A model generated the notes under the pieces. It saw only the letters and a list, made by a program, of their open reading frames with translations, was not told the DNA's origin and ran no database searches. DNA of 64,000 nt from an uncultured Alphaproteobacteria bacterium (GTDB taxonomy: Bacteria > Pseudomonadota > Alphaproteobacteria > Micavibrionales > UBA1664), in assembly GCA_943789475.1 (NCBI GenBank), contig CALSUG010000005.1, positions 205,470-269,469 of the forward strand, written 5' to 3'. The position numbers and the translations under genes are program-made. This document shows, one piece after another, positions 29,031 through 38,920 of the stretch. The first letter of the stretch is position 1; every line of letters begins with the position of its first letter.

Positions 29031-29960
29031 TTAATGTAGGCGTAATGCTTTTGCAGAAACGGGCTTTAATCGAACGATTTCGGATTGTTTCCCTAATACA
29101 CCTAGTGATTGATTATCTAAATATGTTTCGATAGCAGCACCATTTCCTGTTGTGGTTAATACATCCATATCCTTTGGAATAAAAATTACATCACCTTTTT
29201 CAAATGTTTGTGATAATAAAATTTTACCACCTTTGAGTTCACGAAATTCAGCCCACACTTTTTCAACAAACTTAAAAGCTAGTTCGGATTCTAGGGGTGA
29301 TACGCCGTATGCTTTGGCCCCTTCATCAGGTTTTAAAATAATGTCCATAGGTTCTATTGTTTTTGGATTTTCTTCCTTATGGCTCTCTGGCTTAATGAAA
29401 TCTTCAGCAGTTACTTGTTGATGTGTGTCAGGTGTTTTTTGTGGATCAGCTGCAGATAACATTGATGCAGGCACCTCAGGAATAGATGTTCTCTCGTTCT
29501 CTCCTGGTCCGATAACCCAGATCACAAACACAACTAAAACGCTTAACATTAGTACGATCCCAATGACAGAAAATAAGAGCATTGGAATCATGTCTATTTT
29601 CTGTTTGAAAATTTCAAAAATTTCAATTTTCTTACCTTCTGAGCGAATGATTTTTTTCTGAGCATCTGTTTGTTTTTTTCCGTAAAATTGAACTTTGAAT
29701 AAATAGGCCATTTTTTCAGAATCAAGTTGTAAGAGGTCGGCATAAGCGCGTACAAAACCAACAGCATAAACCTTTGGCGGAAGGTTGTTAACATCATCCT
29801 CTTCTATGGCTTTTAAATGTGTTGAGCTGATATTGAGGTGTGCTGCAATTTGTTCAACCGTTACATTCTGGCTTTCACGTGCGCGGATGAATATTTTCCC
29901 AACTGTCATGCCACGGAAGTTATTTAGCGTTTCTTTATCTTGAGGGCTTAATTTATTCAT
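29031..29960 (-). CDS. RodZ-like cytoskeleton protein (HTH + TM + DUF4115-like C-terminus)
   Basis: It has an N-terminal Xre-type HTH (VTVEQIAAHLNISSTHLKAIEEDD...VYAVGFVRAYADLL), a central TM helix and a beta-rich C-terminal domain. Confidence 0.65.
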   Translation of the reverse strand: MNKLSPQDKETLNNFRGMTVGKIFIRARESQNVTVEQIAAHLNISSTHLKAIEEDDVNNLPPKVYAVGFVRAYADLLQLDSEKMAYLFKVQFYGKKQTDAQKKIIRSEGKKIEIFEIFKQKIDMIPMLLFSVIGIVLMLSVLVVFVIWVIGPGENERTSIPEVPASMLSAADPQKTPDTHQQVTAEDFIKPESHKEENPKTIEPMDIILKPDEGAKAYGVSPLESELAFKFVEKVWAEFRELKGGKILLSQTFEKGDVIFIPKDMDVLTTTGNGAAIETYLDNQSLGVLGKQSEIVRLKPVSAKALRLH

Positions 29961-29984
29961 ACCCGAAAGAGACTAAACGATTTT

Positions 29985-31229
29985 TTACTTACGATCTAGA
30001 CCGAACGCAGAATGTAATTTTGTTAAGGCTGTTTCTGCATGATCTGCACGCACAATAACGGAAATCTTAATTTCAGATGTGGCGATGGCGCGTGTATTGA
30101 TTTCATTGTTAGCCAATACCTGAAGAAATGTTGCCGAAACAGTGTGATCTGTCTTCATGCCACTACCGATTGCAGAAATTTTTACAATATCTGTATCGAC
30201 TTCGACATGATCATACCCTAATGTACTTAGTGCTTTTTGCGCACGGTCTGCATCTTGTTTTGGAACAGATATTGTCATGCGTGTTATACCGTCATCATTA
30301 CTTACAGGTTGGATAATCATATCCTTGTTGATCTGCGTTTTAGATAATGCCGACAGGATATTTGCAGCCTGTCCAAATTGATCTTTGATATTATAAACGG
30401 TCAACTGTGCATCGTTGAAATCATGTGAAATTCCTGTGACTGCACCACCTTCCATTGCTTCTATCTCACCCATAATCATTGTTCCTTTTAAATCTGATCC
30501 AATTCCATCATTTAATGATGATAAAACTTGAATTGGTATATTGTATTTCATGCCTAACTGCACACACCTTGGGTGTAACACCTTTGATCCCATATGAGCC
30601 ATTTCTAAAATCTCTTCAAATTCGGCTCGATCAATTTTTTGCGCCTTTTCAACCTGACGAGGGTCCGCGGTATACACACCATCCACATCGGTATAGATAT
30701 CACAGCGTTCTGCCCCCAAAGCACACGCCAATGCAACAGCCGTTGTGTCTGAACCACCTCGCCCTAATGTTGTTATACGTCCTTCTACGCTTACACCTTG
30801 AAAACCTGCAACAACCGCGACTTGATTTATTTTAAAACCATTCGCGATATTATTTGATGGGATTTGTAAAATATTGGACTGCCCATAGTTATTGTCGCAC
30901 TTAATAGGCACTTGGGGGCCTGACCATGCTTGCGCACCATGTCCCATTTCATTAATAGATTGTGCCATTAAACGTGAGGTTTCTAACTCACCTTCAGATA
31001 CAATAGCACTATATTCAGGATCACGCTCTGTGAAACCTTGTGAGATAGCTTCATCAACTAAACGATTTGTAACACCCGCCATGGCCGACACAACAACAGT
31101 CACATGATAACCATTTTCCACTTCACGGATCATTTTTTTTGCCGCGCGCTTGATGTGACCTAAATCACGAACAGAGGTTCCGCCAAATTTCATGACAAGA
31201 CGTGGTTTTTGTTCTATAACATCATTCAT
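29985..31229 (-). CDS. lysC: aspartate kinase
   Basis: It has VMKFGGTSV, VVVSAMAGVTN, TTLGRGGSDTTA and two C-terminal ACT domains. The start is taken at ATG 31229 (MNDVIEQKPRLVMKFGGTS); ATG 31193 is the alternative. The track ORF to 31337 is rejected. Confidence 0.9.
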   Translation of the reverse strand: MNDVIEQKPRLVMKFGGTSVRDLGHIKRAAKKMIREVENGYHVTVVVSAMAGVTNRLVDEAISQGFTERDPEYSAIVSEGELETSRLMAQSINEMGHGAQAWSGPQVPIKCDNNYGQSNILQIPSNNIANGFKINQVAVVAGFQGVSVEGRITTLGRGGSDTTAVALACALGAERCDIYTDVDGVYTADPRQVEKAQKIDRAEFEEILEMAHMGSKVLHPRCVQLGMKYNIPIQVLSSLNDGIGSDLKGTMIMGEIEAMEGGAVTGISHDFNDAQLTVYNIKDQFGQAANILSALSKTQINKDMIIQPVSNDDGITRMTISVPKQDADRAQKALSTLGYDHVEVDTDIVKISAIGSGMKTDHTVSATFLQVLANNEINTRAIATSEIKISVIVRADHAETALTKLHSAFGLDRK

Positions 31230-31938
31230 GACAACAGTTAATCCTAAAGAAATACATAATTTTGAAAATATGGCAAATGAATGGTGGGATGTCAATGGAA
31301 AGTTAAAGCCATTGCATAAACTGAATCCAACACGCATTGATTATCTCAAGTGTCAAATATGTACTCATTTTGATCGTAAAAATATAAAGGATCTATCTGT
31401 GTTGGATGTTGGATGTGGTGGTGGATTGGTTTGCGAACCATTGGCACAAATGGGTGCACAAGTTACAGGCATAGACGCAGGAAAAACAGCTGTTAAAATT
31501 GCAATAGAACATGCTGCTGATAGCGGACTGGATATTACGTATAAATGCGAAACCTCAACTGATCATAAAGGGCAATATGATGTTGTTCTTGCGCTGGAAA
31601 TTATTGAGCATGTCGATAATGTTGATGATTTTGTGGAAAGTGTTTGCAAGCTTGTTAAACCAAATGGGTTGATTATTTTTTCTACGCTTAATCGTACTGG
31701 AAAATCGTTTGCGCTAGGAATTGTGGCTGCGGAATATATCCTACGTTGGCTCCCACAAGAAACGCACAATTGGAAAAAATTCGTAAAACCGTCTGAACTG
31801 GCAAAACATGCGCATATCAACAACATGCAAGTGAATGACATTACAGGACTTGTTTATAATCCCCTGCTCGATCAATTCAGCCTGTCTAACACCGACATAT
31901 CCGTTAATTATTTTATGAGCGCGGCACATAAAAAATAG
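31228..31938 (+). CDS. ubiG: ubiquinone biosynthesis O-methyltransferase
   Basis: It has EIHNFENMANEWWD..G.LKPLHKLNPTRIDY and SAM motif I VLDVGCGGG. The start is taken at ATG 31228. Confidence 0.88.
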   Translation: MTTVNPKEIHNFENMANEWWDVNGKLKPLHKLNPTRIDYLKCQICTHFDRKNIKDLSVLDVGCGGGLVCEPLAQMGAQVTGIDAGKTAVKIAIEHAADSGLDITYKCETSTDHKGQYDVVLALEIIEHVDNVDDFVESVCKLVKPNGLIIFSTLNRTGKSFALGIVAAEYILRWLPQETHNWKKFVKPSELAKHAHINNMQVNDITGLVYNPLLDQFSLSNTDISVNYFMSAAHKK

Positions 31939-31976
31939 CACTATAAAAAATTCACGATTCACCTATCATAGTGAGC

Positions 31977-32183
31977 ATGAATAATATTATTTTTTTCCTA
32001 CTAATGTTTGGAACAATGGTGTTGACGCTCATCTCTCTTGCCGCTGGAATTATCGTTATGGGTAAAGGCGGTGAGGCGAATGCACGGTACGGTAACATAT
32101 TGATGCGCGCGCGTATTATATTACAAGGATTGGCGATTGTGTTTTTTTGCACTTGCGCTTTTAACTTCTACTTAACTGTTTGA
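31977..32183 (+). CDS. twin-transmembrane-helix small protein (HIG1-domain)
   Basis: 68 aa with two TM helices flanking GKGGEANARYGNILMRARIILQG, the HIG1-type motif common in alphaproteobacteria. Confidence 0.7.
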   Translation: MNNIIFFLLMFGTMVLTLISLAAGIIVMGKGGEANARYGNILMRARIILQGLAIVFFCTCAFNFYLTV

Positions 32184-32198
32184 TAATAAAATGGAATA

Positions 32199-32954
32199 AT
32201 GACAATGAAAATACTCGTCCCCGTAAAACGCGTTATTGATTACAATGTAAAAGTCCGCGTAAAATCTGATAACACTGGCGTTGAAACACAAAATGTTAAA
32301 ATGTCGATGAACCCTTTCGATGAAATCGCGATTGAGGAAGCCGTCCGCTTGAAAGAAGCAGGCAAAGCAACCGAAATCATCGCAGTATCCGTTGGGCCGT
32401 CACAATGCCAAGAAACATTACGTACCGCCATGGCTATTGGTGCCGACAGCGGTATTTTAATCGAAACGGATGAAACGGTTGAACCATTAAACGTGGCAAA
32501 ATTATTAAAGGCGGTTGTTGATGAACAATCCCCCGATATCGTTATCATGGGGAAACAAGCCATCGATGATGATTCAAATCAAACGGGGCAAATGCTATCG
32601 ACCCTTCTTGGTTGGGGACAAGCAACATTTGCATCGAAAGTTGAATTAGAAGATGGTTCAGCGAAGGTGACACGCGAATTGGATGGTGGGTTAGAAACAC
32701 TATCCATTAAAACACCGTGTATCATTACGACTGACCTTCGTTTAAACGAACCACGTTATGCATCACTTCCCAATATTATGAAGGCAAAAAAGAAACCGAT
32801 GGAAACAAAATCACCGTCTGATTACGGTGTGGAAATTTCCAACCGTTTAGAAATCTTAAAAGTCGAAGAACCTGCGGCGCGCGCTGGTGGTATTACCGTT
32901 CCTGACGTTGATACATTAATCGACAAATTAAAAAATGAAGCAAAGGTGATATAG
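32199..32954 (+). CDS. etfB: electron transfer flavoprotein beta subunit
   Basis: [19 protein letters not shown]..., [11 protein letters not shown] and [15 protein letters not shown]. The start is at 32199 or 32205. Confidence 0.93.
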   Translation: MTMKILVPVKRVIDYNVKVRVKSDNTGVETQNVKMSMNPFDEIAIEEAVRLKEAGKATEIIAVSVGPSQCQETLRTAMAIGADSGILIETDETVEPLNVAKLLKAVVDEQSPDIVIMGKQAIDDDSNQTGQMLSTLLGWGQATFASKVELEDGSAKVTRELDGGLETLSIKTPCIITTDLRLNEPRYASLPNIMKAKKKPMETKSPSDYGVEISNRLEILKVEEPAARAGGITVPDVDTLIDKLKNEAKVI

Positions 32955-32956
32955 AT

Positions 32957-33892
32957 ATGAGTATTCTTGTTATTGCAGAACATGACAATCAGTCCATTAA
33001 GGATGCGACGCTATCCACAATTGCCGCGGCGAAAGAAATAGGCGGTGATATCACCGTCCTTGTTGCTGGTCAGGGATGTGATGGTGCAGCACAGGCCGCC
33101 TCACAAATCGAAGGTGTAAGTACAGTCTTAAAAGCCGATGATGCATCATTATCGCATAATTTGGCCGAAAATTTAGCTCCATTGGTGGCCGACACCGTTA
33201 AATCAAAGGGATGCGAGCATGTTCTTGCCCCTGGATCAACATTCGGGAAAGGGTTTTTGCCATGCGTGTCCGCCCTCCTCGACGTTCAACAACTAACCGA
33301 TATTATTGGTGTTGAAGGGGCCGATACGTTTAAACGACCAATTTATGGAGGACAAGCCATTGCCACGGTTAAAACATCGGATGCGATTAAGGTTATGACC
33401 GTTCGTGCAACAGCCTTTGACAAGGTTGCAGCATCTGGCGGATCTGCATCTGTTGAAGATTTAGGTGGAGCGTCCAATTCAGGCCTATCATCATTCGTTG
33501 GACAAGAATTATCCGTATCTGAACGTCCTGAACTCACTTCGGCAGGTGTTGTTGTATCAGGAGGTCGTGGTGTTGGATCATCCGATGATTTCAAAATTAT
33601 CGAGGCCTTGGCCGATAAATTAGGTGCCGCCGTCGGTGCATCACGTGCCGCGGTCGATAGTGGATATATTTCTAACGATCATCAGGTTGGGCAAACGGGT
33701 AAAGTTGTTGCACCTGAACTGTATATTGCAGTTGGAATTTCCGGTGCTATTCAGCATTTGGCAGGAATGAAAGATTCAAAAATCATTGTTGCGATTAATA
33801 AGGATGAAGAAGCCCCTATTTTCCAAGTTGCGGATTATGGACTTGTCGCCGATTTGTTCGACGCCGCACCTGCGCTCACTGAAAAACTGTAG
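32957..33892 (+). CDS. etfA: electron transfer flavoprotein alpha subunit
   Basis: 311 aa with the FAD-binding C-terminal region VVVSGGRGVGS, GASRAAVD and YIAVGISGAIQHLAGM. Confidence 0.93.
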   Translation: MSILVIAEHDNQSIKDATLSTIAAAKEIGGDITVLVAGQGCDGAAQAASQIEGVSTVLKADDASLSHNLAENLAPLVADTVKSKGCEHVLAPGSTFGKGFLPCVSALLDVQQLTDIIGVEGADTFKRPIYGGQAIATVKTSDAIKVMTVRATAFDKVAASGGSASVEDLGGASNSGLSSFVGQELSVSERPELTSAGVVVSGGRGVGSSDDFKIIEALADKLGAAVGASRAAVDSGYISNDHQVGQTGKVVAPELYIAVGISGAIQHLAGMKDSKIIVAINKDEEAPIFQVADYGLVADLFDAAPALTEKL

Positions 33893-33893
33893 A

Positions 33894-34532
33894 TTATTTA
33901 ATCAAACTTTGAATAAACGCCGTAGCGTCTTCACCCGTCCAATCAATGTCCCCTGCGATTGATCCAATCGCACGTCCGCCGGGTTCAAGAATGTATGTTG
34001 TTGGCAACCCACGCATGGCGAATAAATCCATCGCGCGTTTTCCATCACCATAATAGGCGGCAATAGGACCAAAATTCTTACGTGACAAAAACGTACGTAG
34101 TTTTTTACCATACATTTTGCGATCTAATGAAATGGCGACAACTTTCACGCCTTGCCCGCCATATTTATTTTGCAATTCTTGTAATGATGGCATTTCAACC
34201 AGGCATGGCGGACACCATGTTGCCCATAAATTTAAAATGACCCATTGTCCTTTTAGATCATCAAATGTCATGTCCTTATCAAAGGCCGTTTTAAAAGGGA
34301 AATCTGGCATAATTTCAGGTGTTTTATAGTGCGTGAAACGTTCCTTCACTATCCCTTGTGTGATCGGTTTTTTAATATTTTGATCCGTTTCTTGTACTTG
34401 CGATGTGGCCGCAACAAGAACTGGTTCGTTATCTTCATGTTTCACGACAGAATATTGAAGGAAAGCAAACGCAACAACCAACAATAATGCGTTGAAAATA
34501 AAAAGTCTCTTTAGGTTTTGACGTTTATTCAT
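33894..34532 (-). CDS. TlpA/ResA-family thiol:disulfide oxidoreductase
   Basis: 212 aa with an N-terminal TM anchor and a thioredoxin fold carrying WATWCPPC. Confidence 0.8.
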   Translation of the reverse strand: MNKRQNLKRLFIFNALLLVVAFAFLQYSVVKHEDNEPVLVAATSQVQETDQNIKKPITQGIVKERFTHYKTPEIMPDFPFKTAFDKDMTFDDLKGQWVILNLWATWCPPCLVEMPSLQELQNKYGGQGVKVVAISLDRKMYGKKLRTFLSRKNFGPIAAYYGDGKRAMDLFAMRGLPTTYILEPGGRAIGSIAGDIDWTGEDATAFIQSLIK

Positions 34533-34544
34533 TATGATTACCTG

Positions 34545-34667
34545 ATGAAATACTTACTTTTACTATGTTTATTATGTGTCGTATCTTGTGGTGTTAAACC
34601 AGGTCAACTTGATGCACCAGAAGGATTGTCATCAAATGATTTTCCAAAAACATATCCACGTCAATGA
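34545..34667 (+). CDS. small lipoprotein (40 aa), LptM/YifL-like pattern; below the ORF-track length cutoff
   Basis: It translates as MKYLLLLCLLCVVSCGVKPGQLDAPEGLSSNDFPKTYPRQ. This gives a canonical n/h regions and lipobox VVSC, then CG.K.G.L..P as in small alpha- and gammaproteobacterial lipoproteins. There is no obvious SD. Confidence 0.55.
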   Translation: MKYLLLLCLLCVVSCGVKPGQLDAPEGLSSNDFPKTYPRQ

Positions 34668-35314
34668 TGCTCAATCGTCTCTTTTAATTTTTGATGAGAT
34701 GCTTCATTATTTGGATTGGCACTATTTTCAAAACTGATTTTTAAATTACGAACTTCATGACCAATCGTTGATAACTTTAATTCTATTTTTAACGTTTCAT
34801 CCGCATCAAGAATTTCTTTTTCAGGTTTTACCAAAATAACATTCCCCAATAAGTCATCACGTAATAATTCTGTTATTTGTAAGGTTGGAACACCACGTTT
34901 TTCGTTCATAGTGTTCACAATTTCACCAATTAAAGTGGTTTCATCGCGATCTCGATTAATTTCAACATTATGAAATGCTAATCCTTGTCCCATGATTAAT
35001 GGTGCAGATGACATAAGATGAATAATAAAAAAGGTAATTATGGCACACGAAAAGCCAGCAAATATAAATATTTTACCTGTTATAATTTCTTCTTTTATTT
35101 CTTTTAGTAGGTTGCCGTTTTTTTGTTTTTTATTCTTTTGTGTTCCTTTATCTAAATCACGTACAAAGTTTTTAACTGCGTCTGATCTCTCCATGGGTTC
35201 ATCTTGGAACCATACGTGTGCACATGAGGCGCATTTCATTTTTCGTCCACCACGCATAAAAACGGTGGATGGGACAACAAATCGAGCATCGCATTCTGGA
35301 CAGGTAATAATCAT
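34661..35314 (-). CDS. MJ0042-type zinc-ribbon membrane protein
   Basis: The N-terminus is MIITCPECDARFVVP...KMKCASCAHVWF, followed by a TM helix. It sits in the conserved alphaproteobacterial position next to ftsE. Confidence 0.8.
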   Translation of the reverse strand: MIITCPECDARFVVPSTVFMRGGRKMKCASCAHVWFQDEPMERSDAVKNFVRDLDKGTQKNKKQKNGNLLKEIKEEIITGKIFIFAGFSCAIITFFIIHLMSSAPLIMGQGLAFHNVEINRDRDETTLIGEIVNTMNEKRGVPTLQITELLRDDLLGNVILVKPEKEILDADETLKIELKLSTIGHEVRNLKISFENSANPNNEASHQKLKETIEHH

Positions 35315-35359
35315 TGTTTAATATAATGACATTCAATCTTGAAATTAGAAAGAGCGCAG

Positions 35360-36091
35360 ATGCACCCATCCACTTTTTTTTACATTATAATCATGGTTTT
35401 TATAGCCTTGCCCGTTTATTCAGATGATATGGAATGCCAACCCGCAAATGTGAAATGTATTCAATCACTTATTGTCACAGAAACACAAAACATTGATGAA
35501 TCACGTTGGAAAAACCAATCATATCGTGATCTTGCTGTGAGCATCGCCTTTGGCGGAGATGTTGATGGTGCCATCGGTTATATAAAAAAAATAAATAATA
35601 GTGATACACAGGCTATGACAGTTCGGGCCATAGGTATGGCACTAGCGATTCACAAAGAACTATCTGTCGATGAATATCGTACAATGTTTAAAAAATTAAA
35701 TGATTTTACACCAAGTATTCTTGACGAAGGTGCACGTGATATAGCTTATACCTATATTGCGATGGCACAGGCTTTTGCTGGTTTAGATGATGATGCGCAT
35801 ACAACAACGTTGGTGATGAAAAAGGATGCATTAAAGCACAAGGCTTATGGGGAAACTGCTGAAATTCAAGCTGAGAGAGGTGATTTTGCACGTGCAATGC
35901 GCAGCATTAATGCCATTGATTCTGTTTCTTTTAAAAATAAAGCGTTAGGAATTGTATCTTCGATATTTTTAAAGGCTGGAGATGTCGAACATGCTTATCA
36001 GATGGCAGTTAAAATCACAAATTCAACAAAGAAATCAAGTGCGCTTCAAAAAATTGTTAATAGACAAATAGGATTAGACGTTCCAAAATGA
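35360..36091 (+). CDS. hypothetical exported helical-repeat protein
   Basis: It has a signal-peptide-like N-terminus (MHPSTFFYIIIMVFIALPVYS). The stop overlaps the ftsE start (ATGA). No family recognised. Confidence 0.5.
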   Translation: MHPSTFFYIIIMVFIALPVYSDDMECQPANVKCIQSLIVTETQNIDESRWKNQSYRDLAVSIAFGGDVDGAIGYIKKINNSDTQAMTVRAIGMALAIHKELSVDEYRTMFKKLNDFTPSILDEGARDIAYTYIAMAQAFAGLDDDAHTTTLVMKKDALKHKAYGETAEIQAERGDFARAMRSINAIDSVSFKNKALGIVSSIFLKAGDVEHAYQMAVKITNSTKKSSALQKIVNRQIGLDVPK

Positions 36092-36738
36092 TTGAATTGT
36101 CGCATGTTGGATTACGTTATGATGGTGGACCAGAGGTTTTAAGTGATATTTCTTTGACAATTGAACAGGGATCATTCCATTATTTGATGGGAAGCAGTGG
36201 ATCAGGGAAAACATCGTTGATGCGATTACTTCATATGGGAAAATTGCCCAGCCGTGGTCACATCACGATGTTTGATGAAGATGTCGCAAAATCATCACGG
36301 CCAAAGCGCGCAGCATTACGTAACAATATTGGTGTTATTTTTCAAGATTTTCGTCTTCTTCATCATCTATCTATTTATGATAACGTCGCTTTACCCCTTC
36401 GGTTATTAGATCAGCCTGAAAAAAAGATAAAAAGCGCGGTCACGGAAATGATTAAATGGATTGGTCTTGGTGAATATGGTCATGTACGCCCTCCATTTCT
36501 CTCTGGTGGTCAACAACAACGTGTTGCCATCGCGCGTGCTATTATTACAAAACCTAAAATTTTATTAGCTGATGAACCTACAGGATCATTGGATGATCCT
36601 ATGGGGGATAGTATTATGAAGCTATTCGAGGAATTAAACAAAAGAGGTATGGCTTTGATCGTTGCAACTCATAACAAAGGCACTGTTGAACGTTTTCCAC
36701 ACCCCTTGCTTAAATTAAAAGCGGGGCATTTGGTTTAA
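36088..36738 (+). CDS. ftsE: cell division ATP-binding protein FtsE
   Basis: Walker A GSSGSGKTS, signature LSGGQQQRVAIARA, Walker B ILLADEPTG. Confidence 0.9.
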   Translation: MIELSHVGLRYDGGPEVLSDISLTIEQGSFHYLMGSSGSGKTSLMRLLHMGKLPSRGHITMFDEDVAKSSRPKRAALRNNIGVIFQDFRLLHHLSIYDNVALPLRLLDQPEKKIKSAVTEMIKWIGLGEYGHVRPPFLSGGQQQRVAIARAIITKPKILLADEPTGSLDDPMGDSIMKLFEELNKRGMALIVATHNKGTVERFPHPLLKLKAGHLV

Positions 36739-37589
36739 TGGCGCTTCCTTCATCACATATTTTGCCCTCGTCGGCATTCCGCCATATTGGATTTATGGTA
36801 TTATTTATGGCCGTTATAGCTGGATTTTCTGCACTCGGCCTATTAACCACACAAACAGTTACAAAGTCATGGATACAAGATACACAAAATAAAATGACGT
36901 TAGAAATTTTAGCGTTTGATGAAGAAGAAAAAGTAGTTTTCGATCAGCAGCGCATTGAACAAAATTTGGCTAAAATTCAAAAAATAATTGATGGCGATCC
37001 TATTATTGTGAGTGTGGATGTTACTCGATTTGATAATGCAGATGATATTGATAAAGAATATCAAATTCCTAGTCCTATTTTCATGACGTTCTCTTTACAT
37101 CCTGATCGTGCTAAAAACGCAGAGCAACGCATTATGAATGAGATTAAAGAAAATGTTGTTCAAACCATATTTAAGAAACCTGAAATATGGCAGGCCGATA
37201 TTAATCGCACGGCCCTTACCTTCCGTTTTGCATTTATCAGCCTAGCCATTGGTGTTTTTTTTGTGACATCTCTTGTCTTGTCCGCCACAATTCGTACTCA
37301 ATTACAAGCGAGCGATAAAACACTTAAACTCATTTACCTTATGGGGGCTGATGTATCTATCATCGTAAGTTTATTTCAACGCGCATTGATTAAACCAATC
37401 ATATGGGGAGGCATAATAGGGCTTATATGTACCGGATTTCTCTTTTCACCAGCGGTTGTATTTCTCAATATTGAAATACAACCCTTATTGTTTTATGGGT
37501 ATCTTTGTATGATTTTTTTAACTTTTGTTGTTGTCAGTTATATTATTACATCATTCACTGTACGAAATGCGCTAAAGACAATGCCATGA
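36738..37589 (+). CDS. ftsX: cell division permease FtsX-like protein
   Basis: 283 aa with an N-terminal TM helix, a periplasmic loop and three C-terminal TM helices. It is directly coupled to ftsE. Confidence 0.75.
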   Translation: MALPSSHILPSSAFRHIGFMVLFMAVIAGFSALGLLTTQTVTKSWIQDTQNKMTLEILAFDEEEKVVFDQQRIEQNLAKIQKIIDGDPIIVSVDVTRFDNADDIDKEYQIPSPIFMTFSLHPDRAKNAEQRIMNEIKENVVQTIFKKPEIWQADINRTALTFRFAFISLAIGVFFVTSLVLSATIRTQLQASDKTLKLIYLMGADVSIIVSLFQRALIKPIIWGGIIGLICTGFLFSPAVVFLNIEIQPLLFYGYLCMIFLTFVVVSYIITSFTVRNALKTMP

Positions 37590-38194
37590 TAACATTATTT
37601 AGAAAAATATTTAAAATTTCATTTTTTCTGTTCGCTTGCATAATGATCGGAAGTATTGCTTATGTCATTAGTATTCTTGTATGGCCAACACCAAATTTAG
37701 ATAATGCTCAAAAGAAACACGCTATTATAGCGTTGACGGGTGAACAAGGTCGAATAGAGCGTGCATTTACACTATTACTTGATAAAAAAGCAGAGAAATT
37801 ATTGATTTCTGGTGTTTTGCATAATGTTGAATTGAGGGAAATTATTACAAATAATTCAGAGTTACTATCTCGTAGACAAAAACAAAAATTACAAAATCAT
37901 TGCTGCATTACGTTGGATTATATCGCGGATACAACGGAAGCAAATGCTATTGAATCTGAGAAATGGATCAATAAAAATGACGTTAATTCTATTATTCTTG
38001 TAACTTCTGCACCACATATGCCTCGATCTTACCTGCAATTCTCAAAAATTTTAGACAATACGATTTCTATAACTCCCTACCCTGTGCGTACAAAACGTCG
38101 TTTAGACCTTGTGATGGAAGCAAAATTCTGGTCTTATGCCGCTCGTGAATACATTAAATTTTTGGGCAGTTGGATTAGATTAGAAAAACAGTAA
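37586..38194 (+). CDS. DUF218 (YdcF/ElyC/SanA-like) domain protein
   Basis: It has an N-terminal TM helix, then IALTGEQGRIE...LLISGV and ADTTEANA...ILVTSAPHMPRS. The start at ATG 37586 overlaps the ftsX stop (ATGA). Confidence 0.7.
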   Translation: MITLFRKIFKISFFLFACIMIGSIAYVISILVWPTPNLDNAQKKHAIIALTGEQGRIERAFTLLLDKKAEKLLISGVLHNVELREIITNNSELLSRRQKQKLQNHCCITLDYIADTTEANAIESEKWINKNDVNSIILVTSAPHMPRSYLQFSKILDNTISITPYPVRTKRRLDLVMEAKFWSYAAREYIKFLGSWIRLEKQ

Positions 38195-38203
38195 ACGATA
38201 CAT

Positions 38204-38920
38204 ATGAATATTATACGCTCTATCCTTTTTAACATTCTGTTTTTTTCTGCCAATATCATTTGTTGTGTTGGTTTGCTTTGGATTATGGTTTTACCTCGTG
38301 ATTGGGCTTTTAAAATTCTTTATCACGGATATTTCGGTGTAATATATCAACTTGAAAAGTTTATATTAGGGTTAGATTTTGAAGTTATTGGCCGTGAACA
38401 TATTCCAACCGATGGATCTTATGTTATTGCGATGAAACATCAATCGGCCTATGAAACTTTAAAAATGTTCCATATCTTTGGTGATTGTCGCATTATCCTA
38501 AAACGTGAACTGACGTATCTTCCATTATGGGGATGGTATGCAGCCAAGGTGGGAATGATACCCGTTGATCGTGGCGCACGTGGTAAAGCCGTTCAATCGA
38601 TAATTACAAATGCAAAACCTGTCATTGATGCGGGCGTCCCCATTATGATTTATCCGCAAGGCACACGTGTCAGTGTAACAGATACGATTGAAGATAAGCC
38701 TTATAAGCAAGGGGCGATCCGCTTGTATGAAAATTTTTATATTCCAATTTTACCTGTTGCGATGAACAGCGGTAAATTTTGGCCACGCAATGCCTTTTTC
38801 AAGAAATCAGGAACGATCACATTTAAGATATTACCCATCATACCGGCGGGATTAAAACCACAAGATGTATTCAAAAAAATGCGTGATGTCATAGAGGTTG
38901 AAAGCCATAAATTACTTTAA
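38204..38920 (+). CDS. plsC: 1-acyl-sn-glycerol-3-phosphate acyltransferase
   Basis: It has an acyltransferase block I variant KHQSAYET, plus IYPQGTR, and an N-terminal TM helix. Confidence 0.8.
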   Translation: MNIIRSILFNILFFSANIICCVGLLWIMVLPRDWAFKILYHGYFGVIYQLEKFILGLDFEVIGREHIPTDGSYVIAMKHQSAYETLKMFHIFGDCRIILKRELTYLPLWGWYAAKVGMIPVDRGARGKAVQSIITNAKPVIDAGVPIMIYPQGTRVSVTDTIEDKPYKQGAIRLYENFYIPILPVAMNSGKFWPRNAFFKKSGTITFKILPIIPAGLKPQDVFKKMRDVIEVESHKLL

